Source: Thraustochytrium aureum
Lineage: Eukaryota
DNA: 64,000 nt
Reading direction: 5' to 3'
Assembly: GCA_012862495.1 (NCBI GenBank)
Contig: BLSG01000402.1
Coordinates: 510,660 to 574,659, forward strand
Under the pieces are notes generated by a model that saw only the letters and a program-made list of their open reading frames with translations, searched no databases and was not told where the DNA came from. Positions 11,037 through 21,223 of this stretch are shown here, piece after piece. Every line of letters begins with the position of its first letter. Positions within the stretch are counted from its first letter, which is position 1. A program made the position numbers and the translations under genes.

Positions 11037-12236
11037 TTAGCGCCACTCCTGGCGCGAGGGCGGTGGCGCCTCCGGCGCATCCCCAGGTCGCTGAAAGTGA
11101 CGCGCCACGAAGTCTTGCTCCATTTCCTTGAGGCGGCGCGCCTCTTCGTCCGGGTCGTCCTTCCACTCCTCCGCAAAAGCGTCCAAACGCGAACCCATTT
11201 CGCCAAGCCCGCGATCCGGGTTTTCGAGCCGAAGCTGGCGCAGAGACTTTTTGTGCGACTGGTTCCAGGCCATCGCAATGATGAGAGCGACGATAAGGGC
11301 GACGTAGCCCGCAGTCAGCGCGGCGCGCTGCGCCCCTGGAATGCGGTAGTAAGAGTCGTGGGTGCCGCCTCCAAAAAACCTGTCGTAGGTGGAAAACCCG
11401 CCCGACATGAGGATGAGGAAGAAGATCGGGTTGTGGATCATCCCGTTCACCACAGCAGCAACCCCGCCGGCCAGCCCCGCAGCGAGAAACCACGGTGAAA
11501 TTGCCCCGCCGATGCGGCCCCCGTCCAAGCTCCCGATCGGCATCAGGTTGAACAAGTTGATCATGATCCCAAAGTCAGCGAGCGCAATTAGCATCTGCGA
11601 CTCGGTGGCAATGCCGATTGCGCTGAGTGCCACGGCTGCGGCCCCGCCCACGATCGGCCCGCCGAACGCCACGACGGCTTCTTCTTTCACGTCCTTGGGG
11701 CGGTCTTTCATCTCAATGGCAGCGCCCATGAAAGGGATGAACACCATGGGCCCAGCCGGGATGCCGTAAAACTTCATCGCGGCCAAGTGCCCGGCCTCGT
11801 GGACTGCGATTTGGCCGACCATGCCGACCGCGAAGGGCCAGCCGTAGAAGAATGCGTACGCGCCAGTGGAGGCGAGCATCGAGAGCGCCGGCATCATCTT
11901 GGTGAACTTGAGGGCTCCGAGCACCCACTTCGTTTTGCCGGCAAAAAGGATCGCGCCGGTGGCCACGGCCCCTGCGCCTCGCGCAAAGAGCCCGCTCGGC
12001 TTCTCCGCCTCGGCCTGCTCTTTTTGCCGTCTCCTCTCTTCTTCCTCATCACGCCGGTCGCTCAGGCCGCGAAGCTGGCCTGTCCACGGCCCAGGTGTCC
12101 TCCAGCGCTGCGTCAAGCCCACCGGCGAGACCTTCTCGGGTATGCATTTCCCGACCAGAGCTCGTCTCGGTACCGCCCAGCCCGTCGTCGCGAGTCCCCT
12201 GGCAGCCCTGGCGCTCCACGCGGCCCTCGCGATCAT
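11037..12236 (-). CDS. Site-2 protease (peptidase M50) family membrane metalloprotease with mitochondrial-like presequence
   Basis: HEAGH zinc motif, FIPFMGA, GGP, NLFNLMPIGSLDGGR (NxxPxxxLDG); several hydrophobic helices; Arg/Ala-rich, acid-poor N-terminus. Confidence 0.88.
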   Translation of the reverse strand: MIARAAWSARAARGLATTGWAVPRRALVGKCIPEKVSPVGLTQRWRTPGPWTGQLRGLSDRRDEEEERRRQKEQAEAEKPSGLFARGAGAVATGAILFAGKTKWVLGALKFTKMMPALSMLASTGAYAFFYGWPFAVGMVGQIAVHEAGHLAAMKFYGIPAGPMVFIPFMGAAIEMKDRPKDVKEEAVVAFGGPIVGGAAAVALSAIGIATESQMLIALADFGIMINLFNLMPIGSLDGGRIGGAISPWFLAAGLAGGVAAVVNGMIHNPIFFLILMSGGFSTYDRFFGGGTHDSYYRIPGAQRAALTAGYVALIVALIIAMAWNQSHKKSLRQLRLENPDRGLGEMGSRLDAFAEEWKDDPDEEARRLKEMEQDFVARHFQRPGDAPEAPPPSRQEWR

Positions 12237-13404
12237 CCCGGCGGCGTCGCGCAAATGGCCCAAAAATCGCGAAATCGAGCTTCAGATCGCGAAGCGAAGA
12301 GCAGCACAGCGCCAAAACCAGCCCGCCGCCGCCAGCCCGCAGCACTGCAGGCCCAGTCGCGCCACGATCGTGCGCGCCGACAGCTCCGCGAAGACCGCTC
12401 GCAGCCCGCCCGACCCGAGCTGCTGACGAAGCACTGCCCGCAACCAAGAACAGAAAACCCCGCGCGCTACTGAACCACTGGGCGCTACCAAAACATGCCC
12501 TGCAAGCGGCGGCTCGGCGGCATGCCGCCCGAGCTCACGCCGCGGCGGCGAGGCCTCGATGCCGGCGCGGTATCGTCGAAGACCTGCTGTGGGCCGCCAG
12601 GAGCAAACGATGGGCCTGCAGGGAGTCTGGCGACGAGCCTCGCGCCCGCAAACTCGACGATCGACGTCTCGCGAGGTGCGGAAACTCGATGATTCTTTGC
12701 TCATGGGTTGATGTAGCCACTGTACTTGTGTGCTCTGCTGGAGTGCATGCATCGGAAGAAGACTCGACTGCCTGTGGCAGGACATCTCTCTGCGCGACGG
12801 AATCCGCGAGCTGAAGCGCGTCCCGCATTCTATATCCTCGACGTCGACCATGTAGACTGATGAGTTCAAATGAAAGTGTAGGCAGATCGACGTTGTGGCG
12901 CTCGAGCTGCCCCCGCAGCCGCGAGGCCTCGACGCCATCGACGACCTGCTGCGGCTCGCCATCGGTTCTCAAGTCCTCAACTCGGTAGAAAAGAGCACAG
13001 CGCAGGTCGGGACGAAGACCGCTTTGTTCTCGACCAAGCGCAGGCGTAACGGTAACATCAATGGCGCAGGACCTCCTGCGAGGCGCGGCAGAGCATGAAC
13101 GCGAAGGCGACTTGCGCGTTGCCTGTGCTCGTGAGGTCATCTTGCGCGCGCTGGCGGCGGCGGTGCTGTATTTAGCGCGCCGGGAGGAGCCTTTTGCATA
13201 ATTGCGCAAGTGCGACGCGTTGCCCGTGTTGCGGCTTCGGATTGGTTTGTGCTCCAGCGACCTGAGCCGGGCACTCCAGATCAGATCTGCTCTCGCTGTA
13301 CAGGCGCCGCACACAGCAAGTCGTCTTGATAAAGCTGTGCTCGTGCGGACAGCGCGCGCCCAAAAGCGTGCTCCGCTGGTGGTTTTGTTGGCGGGGGATT
13401 GAGG

Positions 13405-16400
13405 ATGAAGCTGTCCCACAGCGAGTGGAGCGAGCAAAAGGAGCGCGAGCTCGAGGACAGCAAGTATGAGCGCATGCTCGAAGATCGGCGAAAGGCCCTG
13501 CAAGAGCAAGCGCGCAAAGAGCGTAGCCGTCGCGAGTTTGACAGCTGGCTTCTGCACAAAGAATCGTTTGAGCGCGCTGTTCAACTCTTGGGGCAGCTCG
13601 ATGACAACCGCAGGGCGGAGACCGGCACGTGGTTTGAGGTGGCCGTCGCTTTGAGCGCTGTCGACAAGCTGCGCGGGCTGGAGCCCGGCGCGGTCGAGAC
13701 GGCCGCAGGAGGACCCGCTACGAAGGGCACCGCGGGCGGCCAGGCCAAGTCCCTCTCTGGCGCATTCTTCAAGTGGAGCAAAGAAGGGTACGAGTTCGGA
13801 GACGTCCCCGTCTCAACAGATACAGCCAAGACGTTTACGCTCAACACGCAGGAGATCATGAGCGAGTACGCCGAACAGATGGATCGCGCCGGAGAATACG
13901 TGATACCGTCCCTAAAATACACCGCCTCGCGCGGNNNNNNNNNNNNNNNNNNNNNNNNNNNNNNNNNNNNNNNNNNNNNNNNNNNNNNNNNNNNNNNNNN
14001 NNNNNNNNNNNNNNNNNNNNNNNNNNNNNNNNNNNNNNNNNNNNNNNNNNNNNNNNNNNNNNNNNNNNNNNNNNNNNNNNNNNNNNNNNNNNCGCGCGGC
14101 AAGCAGGCGGCGCACGACAAGCGCAACCTGGACAACCCGGACACGAAAATCTACAATCGGATTTTCACCAAGATGCTGCGCGGCGAGTGGGCAAAGGCCG
14201 GTGACGAATTGCTAGCTCGCCTCGACGCTGCGATGGCCCGCCAGAAGGGTGTGCCGCACGATCGCGCCGAGCGCCGTGTTCTCGGCAACATGGGGCTCAA
14301 CAAGCTCGCCAAGTGGGTCGAAGAGGACGCAATCGCTCGAGAAGAGATCGAGCGACGCCGCCGGGACGAGGACAAGGCCTACGCCAAAAAGGTGCACAAG
14401 GGCTTTCTGGCCAAGAAAGACAGTATGCGGATCAGGCTCCCAACCTCAGAAGCCGAGATCGACGGCGAGCTCGCCGAGAGCGACCAAGCGCTCAAGCGCA
14501 AGGCCAAAATCCTGTTCGGCAACAAGAAGGAAAACACGACCGCAAACATGACTTTGCCCGTGGAAAGACGGCCTCTGTGCGGCCCGTGCGAGCGCGCGCC
14601 CCTGCTAACAGCGTCGACCTGGTGGGAGGCGTGGCGCCGACACAATCAAAGTACGTCTATGCCATGAACAAAAGGGACCTGGAGTCGGCGCGGCAGAAGC
14701 TGGCTCGCGAGGGACATGTCTTCCAAGAAAACTTTCGCGACGAGGACGGCGACCCGCTCGAGAGCGAGTTCCTGAACGCCAAGCAAAGCACCAAAAAAGA
14801 CAGGCTTCGCCAGCTTGTTCTGGAGCGCGAGGAAAAAGCGTCCGAGGCCTTCGATCAGTGGGCAGCGCAAAAGGACCTCAGGTCGCGCGCTCTCGACGCG
14901 CTAAAGCACGTGGACAAGCCAGCAACTCTGGGGGAGACGAGCGAAAGCCGCGAAGCGCACTGGCGCTATGTTGGAGAGCAGCTGAAAGCCATCGATTCCT
15001 CGCTCCTAAGGGACTGGAGCGACTGGAGCGAGGGCTTCAAATCGGCCTCGCAGTGCAAGGCAACCTGGGACTCGCTGCCCCCGATCCAGTGCGACACCTG
15101 CTGCCCCTCCTCAGCGGTACACAAGGTTCTCCTCAAGCTACTGAACCGGCCGGGGACGGACTTTGTGCAAGTGTTTGAGTTCGCTGTGGACCGCAAGCTG
15201 CGCAAGAACCTCGCGAGCGACGGGCGCGAGTTCCACGAAGCCACAGACGAGGAGCGGGCCGAGGTCGAGAACACGCTCCAGCTCAACCCGCGCCAATTCA
15301 GCCAAATGATGCTAGACGCCGGGATCAAGCTTCAGCCACACGAAGTACGCATGCTCACCACCTTGTTCGATCAGGACGGCGACGGCCTCATCTCGCGCGA
15401 GGAGTTTCTCCGCTTCTCCGGCCGCGATCCGCGCCCGGGCGCACGGGGCGACGCGCTGCGGATCCTTCGCGGGGGCGACTTTTGTTGCTGGGAGTCGGCC
15501 TGTCATGTGACCGGTCTGAGCAGCGCATACGAGGTCATGCCCGCTCCGGAGGGTGGCGACGCAGGCGCGTCGAGGAAAGCCAGCGCCGCAAGCCCGCACA
15601 GAGGCCGCTATGTCGACGACGAGGAAGACGTCGACGCATACAGAGACGAGGGCTTTGAGTCCGAGGGCCCGGGGGACCTGGTTCCCAGCGCGAGGCGGCT
15701 TCCCTTGCGCTTACGAAGCGGAAAGCCCAAGAAGGGGTGGGTCAGGGAGCCCCTCCCAGACCTTGAGCGACGTGTGAAGCGCCTCCTTGCATCTGGCGAC
15801 CGCACCGCCGTCGACTTTCTCACCGAGCCGCCGCGCTCGTGTGAGCTCTCCAAGTGGACAAATAAGGAGCGCTTCGCTGCTCTTGAGGGGCTTCTGGGCT
15901 TGGCGGAGCACAACCGCGAGGTGGTTCAAACGCTTGCCCTCCAGTCTGGGGGCGAGGCTCCTCTGGCCCCAGTCCTGACAGCGGCCACGACAGACCAAAC
16001 AATCGTGCTGCGTTGGCGGCCGCAGGATGGAAGCACGTTCCCTTCGTTTTACATCTTGGAGACGGCTGGCCGCGAAGGGAGCAAAAACCACCGCTCCCAC
16101 ACCTTTCGCGAGCTGGCTCGGGACCCGCCCAGCGCGACTGCAGGGGCCGAGCAGAGCGGCAAATTCTGCTTTGGCGACCTGCGCCCTGGCACGCGATACT
16201 TTTTCCGCATCCGAGCCTTCAACGGGTTTGGCGCTTCCCCGTTCGCGCATGCCTCGTTTCTGACAGCGCCAGAGCGCCCCCCGTTGCCTGTTATCAAGGG
16301 GCTCACGCCCACGACGCTCTCGCTGGCTTGGGGTGGGCTCGATTCTGGCATCAAGACGACGATCCGCGAGCTTCGCGACCTCTTTCGGAGCCTCGACCCC

Positions 16401-18533
16401 AAGGCAACCGGCTCGGTGGAGCGCGACGCGCTCATGGAGGCCCTTGAGCTCAAAAGCCGCGCAAAGCTGCTACGGTCGCTCGATTGCGCTCCGAGCACGA
16501 CCGTCCCCAACGCATCGGTACTTGACGTCATCGAGTCTTCTGCTGACGGCGACCACGTGAGCTGGCGAGCGGTGCACGACATGCTGAATGCTTCGGCGGC
16601 GGCCGCCAAAGATGCGAGCGACGCTGGCGCTGGGCCAACGCAGCGGAACTTTCAGTTCACGCTGTGCATGTGCGTGAGCGACGAAGACGTCAACTTCAAG
16701 GAGGAAGGCGCCGTCGGCGATGGTCGCAGTGCGGAGCAAGTGGTGCACAGTGTTTTGCGGGGATCTGAGTGGTTTGTGAGCCGCGCGGTTTCAGAGGCCT
16801 TTGACGTGCCGAGCCTTCATTTTGTGGAGCTCCCCGAGCCTGCCAAGCGCGCAGCAGAAAAGCCCGCTCTCAAGATCGTGCTGCCGAAGGCCAAGCGCCA
16901 AGGCCGAAGCAGAACGCTTGGCCAGCTGGTCGAGCCTGTAACGCACCTCGAGGTGTACGAGCAGGCCTACGTCGGCTCAGAGCCGACTACGACGATCACT
17001 GGACTCAAACCCGGGCAAAGCTATCAGTTTCGCTTGCTTGCGGCAGAGGAGCGCGACGGGGTGGCGAGCAGGATGGGGCCCGCGCTTGTGGTCCACACGC
17101 CGCAAGTCGGCCCAGACGCCCCGGAACTTGCGAAAGGCGGGATCGGGACCGACTGCGTCCACCTCATGTGGGGCGACGCCGGCAAGAGTGATGCCCCCGA
17201 GCAGAAGAAGCGCGACTGGGAGCACGTCGTGAACGACTGGGTCAAGGATCCCGCTGGCGAGGAGACCGGTGGGGTGAGCGACGCGACCCTTCGTAAGACG
17301 TTCATGCGCTACGATCGCGACGCGAGTGGCACACTCGAAGGCCACGAGCTGGTGGAGCTGTTTGCCGACTTGGGCCTTCCAACCAAAGGCCCGGGATTTG
17401 AAGAAGCCCGCAGCGCGCTTGACGCGGACGGCGACCAAAAGGTCTCGTTTGCAGAGTTTTCAAAGTGGTGGCGAGACGCGAGGTGCAAGTACGTCGTCCT
17501 GCACCGGTCCGGTCCCAGCTCCAGGTTCCGAACGATCTATCGCGGAAGCAAGGCCTCGATGAAGGTCAGCGGCCTGGCCCCAAACACCAAGCACTCCTTC
17601 GCGGTGCAGCTCGAGTATCGCAAGGGGTTGTCGGCGCGGTCCAAGCTGCTAGAGCTCTGTACTGCACCGGAGACCCCGCAGCAGCCTGTCGTGATTGAAG
17701 CCGGGCCCAAGCACTGCAGGGTAAAGTGGTATGCTGGCCTGAACGGAGCGCACAAGTTTCGCGTGGAGATCCTGCTCGTGGAGGAGCTCGCGAAGCGGCG
17801 AGCGGCGCCGGGCCGCGACGAGTGGCGAGTTGCGTACGAAGGATCCAAGGCCATCGCGATGCTAGAGGGTTTGGTACCAGAGACAGTGTATAGGCTGCGC
17901 GTCTTTGCGCTGAACGAGGAAGGCCTCGCGTCGTCTGGCTCGCTTCCGGCACAGTTTCAGACTGCCGAGCCAGGTGCGGAGCCGGCCCGTCTTGCTGGGC
18001 GGGCCAATGCGGAGTCGTACTTCCGGATCGAGTGCACCGGCGACGTCGTTGCAGGGGACACGATCCTTTTTACAGAGCGAGTCTTTGCGAAGCCAGGCGG
18101 TGCCAAGAGCGCTGAGCCAGTGCGAAAGGCTAGGGGATCGCGCGCGCAACGAGCGCCCCCGTCGCCGCTCAAGGTGGCCTCCTCTCTGTCGCAACAAAGC
18201 CTGTCGACGCTTGGCCGCGAGGAGGCCGGGCGCGAGTTTGTGACTGAGCGGACGGTTGCGGCTCGCTGCTTGCAGACCACGCCGGGGGAGCGGGGCAACA
18301 TGCTCAGCCTCGAAGTGCTTTGGTCGACCGTTTCGCAGAAGAACTGCCCCGCCCAGTACGTCTTGGCGGAGGGCTCGCGGATCTCGCGTGTAGATGCAGA
18401 TTTGTTCAAGTTTGAGACTTTTCGAGCCGCCTGGACGCACGAGCAAGGCCGCTGGTCCTTCGAGGAAGAGCGGGAGCACCTTGAGCATGAAGCGGCCAGC
18501 AAGACACGCGCGCAGCAAGACAAAGAGCTCTAG
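13405..18533 (+). CDS. Large EF-hand / fibronectin type III multidomain protein (~1650 aa); one gap and one frameshift (~14532)
   Basis: EF loops DQDGDGLISREE, DRDASGTLEGHE and DADGDQKVSFAE; four FN3 signatures (LRPGTRYFFRIRAFN, LKPGQSYQFRL, LAPNTKHSF, LVPETVYRLRVFALN); ORFs 13399-14667 and 14313-18533 overlap on the same strand. Confidence 0.8.
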
Positions 18534-18767
18534 CTCTAGCTGGAGAGCTAGCTCTACTAGTCGAGAGAGAGAGCGAGAAAGAGAACTAAAGAGCAGCTAC
18601 GAGAGTAGCTAGAGAGATTATTTGCTCGCGAAGCCATCGAGTCAAGGCAAGGTACCTAGGCCTTCTTGGCGACGACCCCATACCCAAAGACCCCAAGACG
18701 GGTCGAGCTAGCTCGAGAGAGAGGCAAGAAAGTTGTTTTATAATTTTTTATCATCGTCGTTCCGACG

Positions 18768-19940
18768 TCAACGAGCACCAATCGCGTTGAGCTCAGCGTC
18801 ACACGGCGGCGTCGGCGTGTGGAGTTTGGAAGTCGACCGCGTGTCGCCACCAACGCTAAACTCACTGATTGGTACTATCGCGGATTCCACGCTCATCGGT
18901 CGCACAGCTGTCGACTTTGAGGTTGAAGTACCACGACCGTGTCCTCGCCTTGAGGTTAAAAGATTAACTGCAAGCATTACGAGCTGCGTTGCGAACCCCT
19001 TGGCAGGAAGTACGAACCCATACATGACGAACGCCGCAGGCCAAATTGCGGCAGCAAAGTCCAGCGCGAAAAGCAAAATCTGTACCGCAATCACCTGTCC
19101 GCGCATGAGGTTTGTGCGGCGAATCGCATCAAGAGTTTTAGCTTGAGGCTGTCCGTGAATTAGAGACTCTAGCTCCGCCAGAGTCCTGGTGTCCTCAAGA
19201 ATTGGCGTCAGAAGCGCCCAGGTCTGTGCGACAGTTGCGATAAAGCCCAGGCCGCAGGCCGCAATTGCAATCTCCAAAACCATAGCGCGCTGCTCGTCAT
19301 CAGCGACAAAGCAAGCGAGCGTGGCGACGTTGTGGGAAGCAATTAGGTAGACTCGGGTAAGTGAGATGCTGCAACTCAAGCTCGGGCTCAGAAACCAGAA
19401 CCGCTTCATCAGCGGCGACAGTTCAGATTTCTGATCGGATGAAACGCGGGCCCCGAGCACCAGCCGCAAAGCGGGACTCCTGTTCGGCTTGTTTCCCACG
19501 GTGCGTGAGGCTTTCTTGACGGAGTTTTTGATCCGTGCCGCACGATAGACCGCGAACTTGAGGCCGAACTCGAAGGTCGACCAAAAGTAGAGGGCCAAGC
19601 CATTCATAAAAATCGCCGTGACAAGAAAGTCTTGGGCGATCCTGCTCTGGAGCTGGGCTCGCATCATGCTCCCTGTGATAAGGAGCAGGGACGACATGAC
19701 TGTGGACCAGCTCCTCCGGACCACATGTTGTAAGAAATGCTCGCGTTTCCGACCGCGAGAGATTCGCCAAAGGAATGCAGACAGAGCAGTCGCCGCCGTT
19801 AGGCAGCATGCCATGTATAAGGCCGAGACTGCTGCCTCGTGGGCCGAGCAAACCCCATCCAGTGCGAACTCGGCTTCGGACGACCATCCGGCCCAGCAGA
19901 TGCACTTGCCCGCGTCCTGATGCAGTCGCCCATCATGCAT
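18768..19940 (-). CDS. Multipass (about 6-7 TM) membrane protein with Cys-rich EGF-like N-terminus; start uncertain
   Basis: GKCICWAGWS...GVC followed by 6-7 hydrophobic segments and a Ser/Thr-rich tail. Confidence 0.65.
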   Translation of the reverse strand: MHDGRLHQDAGKCICWAGWSSEAEFALDGVCSAHEAAVSALYMACCLTAATALSAFLWRISRGRKREHFLQHVVRRSWSTVMSSLLLITGSMMRAQLQSRIAQDFLVTAIFMNGLALYFWSTFEFGLKFAVYRAARIKNSVKKASRTVGNKPNRSPALRLVLGARVSSDQKSELSPLMKRFWFLSPSLSCSISLTRVYLIASHNVATLACFVADDEQRAMVLEIAIAACGLGFIATVAQTWALLTPILEDTRTLAELESLIHGQPQAKTLDAIRRTNLMRGQVIAVQILLFALDFAAAIWPAAFVMYGFVLPAKGFATQLVMLAVNLLTSRRGHGRGTSTSKSTAVRPMSVESAIVPISEFSVGGDTRSTSKLHTPTPPCDAELNAIGAR

Positions 19941-21223
19941 TCCCTTGCGGGGCGTCTGTTGCGCGATTGCATTTCCCACGGTTAGAGTGAGCCTCGAGCG
20001 CGCCCGCACACCCGCCTGGCCATCCCAATTGACTTACAATACCGCGCACTCGCGCTCCTCCACGGCCGGCATGCTGAGCCCGGCTTGCGCGGCCCCAGAT
20101 ACGGGCGGCACTACCATGGCGCCAGGCCAAGACAGCCTATTCGGCTCTGACGGCGAATGGCGATGGCCAAGGGTGGCAAGCGAGCTCAATCAATTTCCAC
20201 ATCAAACGGCTCTTGCAAGATACTCGGTGTTTTGGCGCGGAAGGCCAGGAAAGACAAGAAGGAAATTGCTGGGGATGCCTCTCTTGCCCTGACGCGCAAG
20301 ATGCCTTTCCCGTCTCACGGAAACGCCCGCTGGGTCGCATCCTGCGCTTTCCTCGGGTGAGGTGTAGGGGAATCCGTGGGGCGCAGCGCAGCATCGAGCG
20401 GCCAACCGGTCAACCAGCCAGTCGGCGAGCGCCCGTCAAAGGGCCCTGTTGGTTCGAGACGCCAAAACCAGGCGTTCTTGATGTCCGCGACGGAGGCCTC
20501 CACCCAAACGCACGCCTGCCGCCATCCGACTTGGCATCAGGTCCGTTGGATCGCCAGCAGAGTCCCTTCAAAAAAAACCAAGCACTATTGCATGCAGTGA
20601 AGCCATGCTGCACACGATCGCGAGACGCGCGCGGCTTCTCCCCAATAGAGCGCGCTTCCGCGCAGCTTGCCAGGTGGAGGCACACAAGCCAGTCAAGCGC
20701 CTCGAGCAGCCGCAATCAGCAACCACCGCAACATCGAACGTCGTCGCACTGACGCACCTGGCGAAAATATGTCACGCCAGCGACGGCAACGACGACGCCC
20801 AGGCGTGCACAGCGCTGCCGAGCCAAGTGCTCCGGCCCTGCTTACCGCGCAGCGCGAGTGACAGCAGCAGCTGCGGCAGCAGCTCCACGCGCGACCCACG
20901 GCGTGACGATACACGAGCCATTCTTTCCTCGACCCAAAAAGAGCCGTTCAACGGATAGGTGCAGCAGGACAGGAGGATAAACCGAGGACCCAACGATAGC
21001 TCGGCCATGGAAGCGGTGGCGCGTGGCGGATAGAGACGTTGGCCGATGTGACGATTGACAGATGTTCACGTCGTGGAAAGAATCAAGTCGGACGAGGTCG
21101 TGCAGATCGGCGAGGCTTTGCGATTGGATGCACACGGAGGCGTCAGGCGACTGCCGTTGACGTTCGCTTTGGCCGGGCTGATTCGCGCCCTGCGGTGGCT
21201 GGTGGTCGGTGACCTCGGGCGCG

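Noticed and set aside
6847..12236. Bacterial contamination or recent HGT island (TtcA, desulfurase, M50)
   Set aside because: Composition matches the eukaryotic neighbours, the fusion is contiguous with ESF2, M50 has a presequence and there is no operon structure; any transfer would be ancient
20137..21000. Numerous overlapping Arg/Ala/Pro-rich ORFs here and antisense to real genes
   Set aside because: Expected shadow ORFs in high-GC DNA; no recognisable motifs
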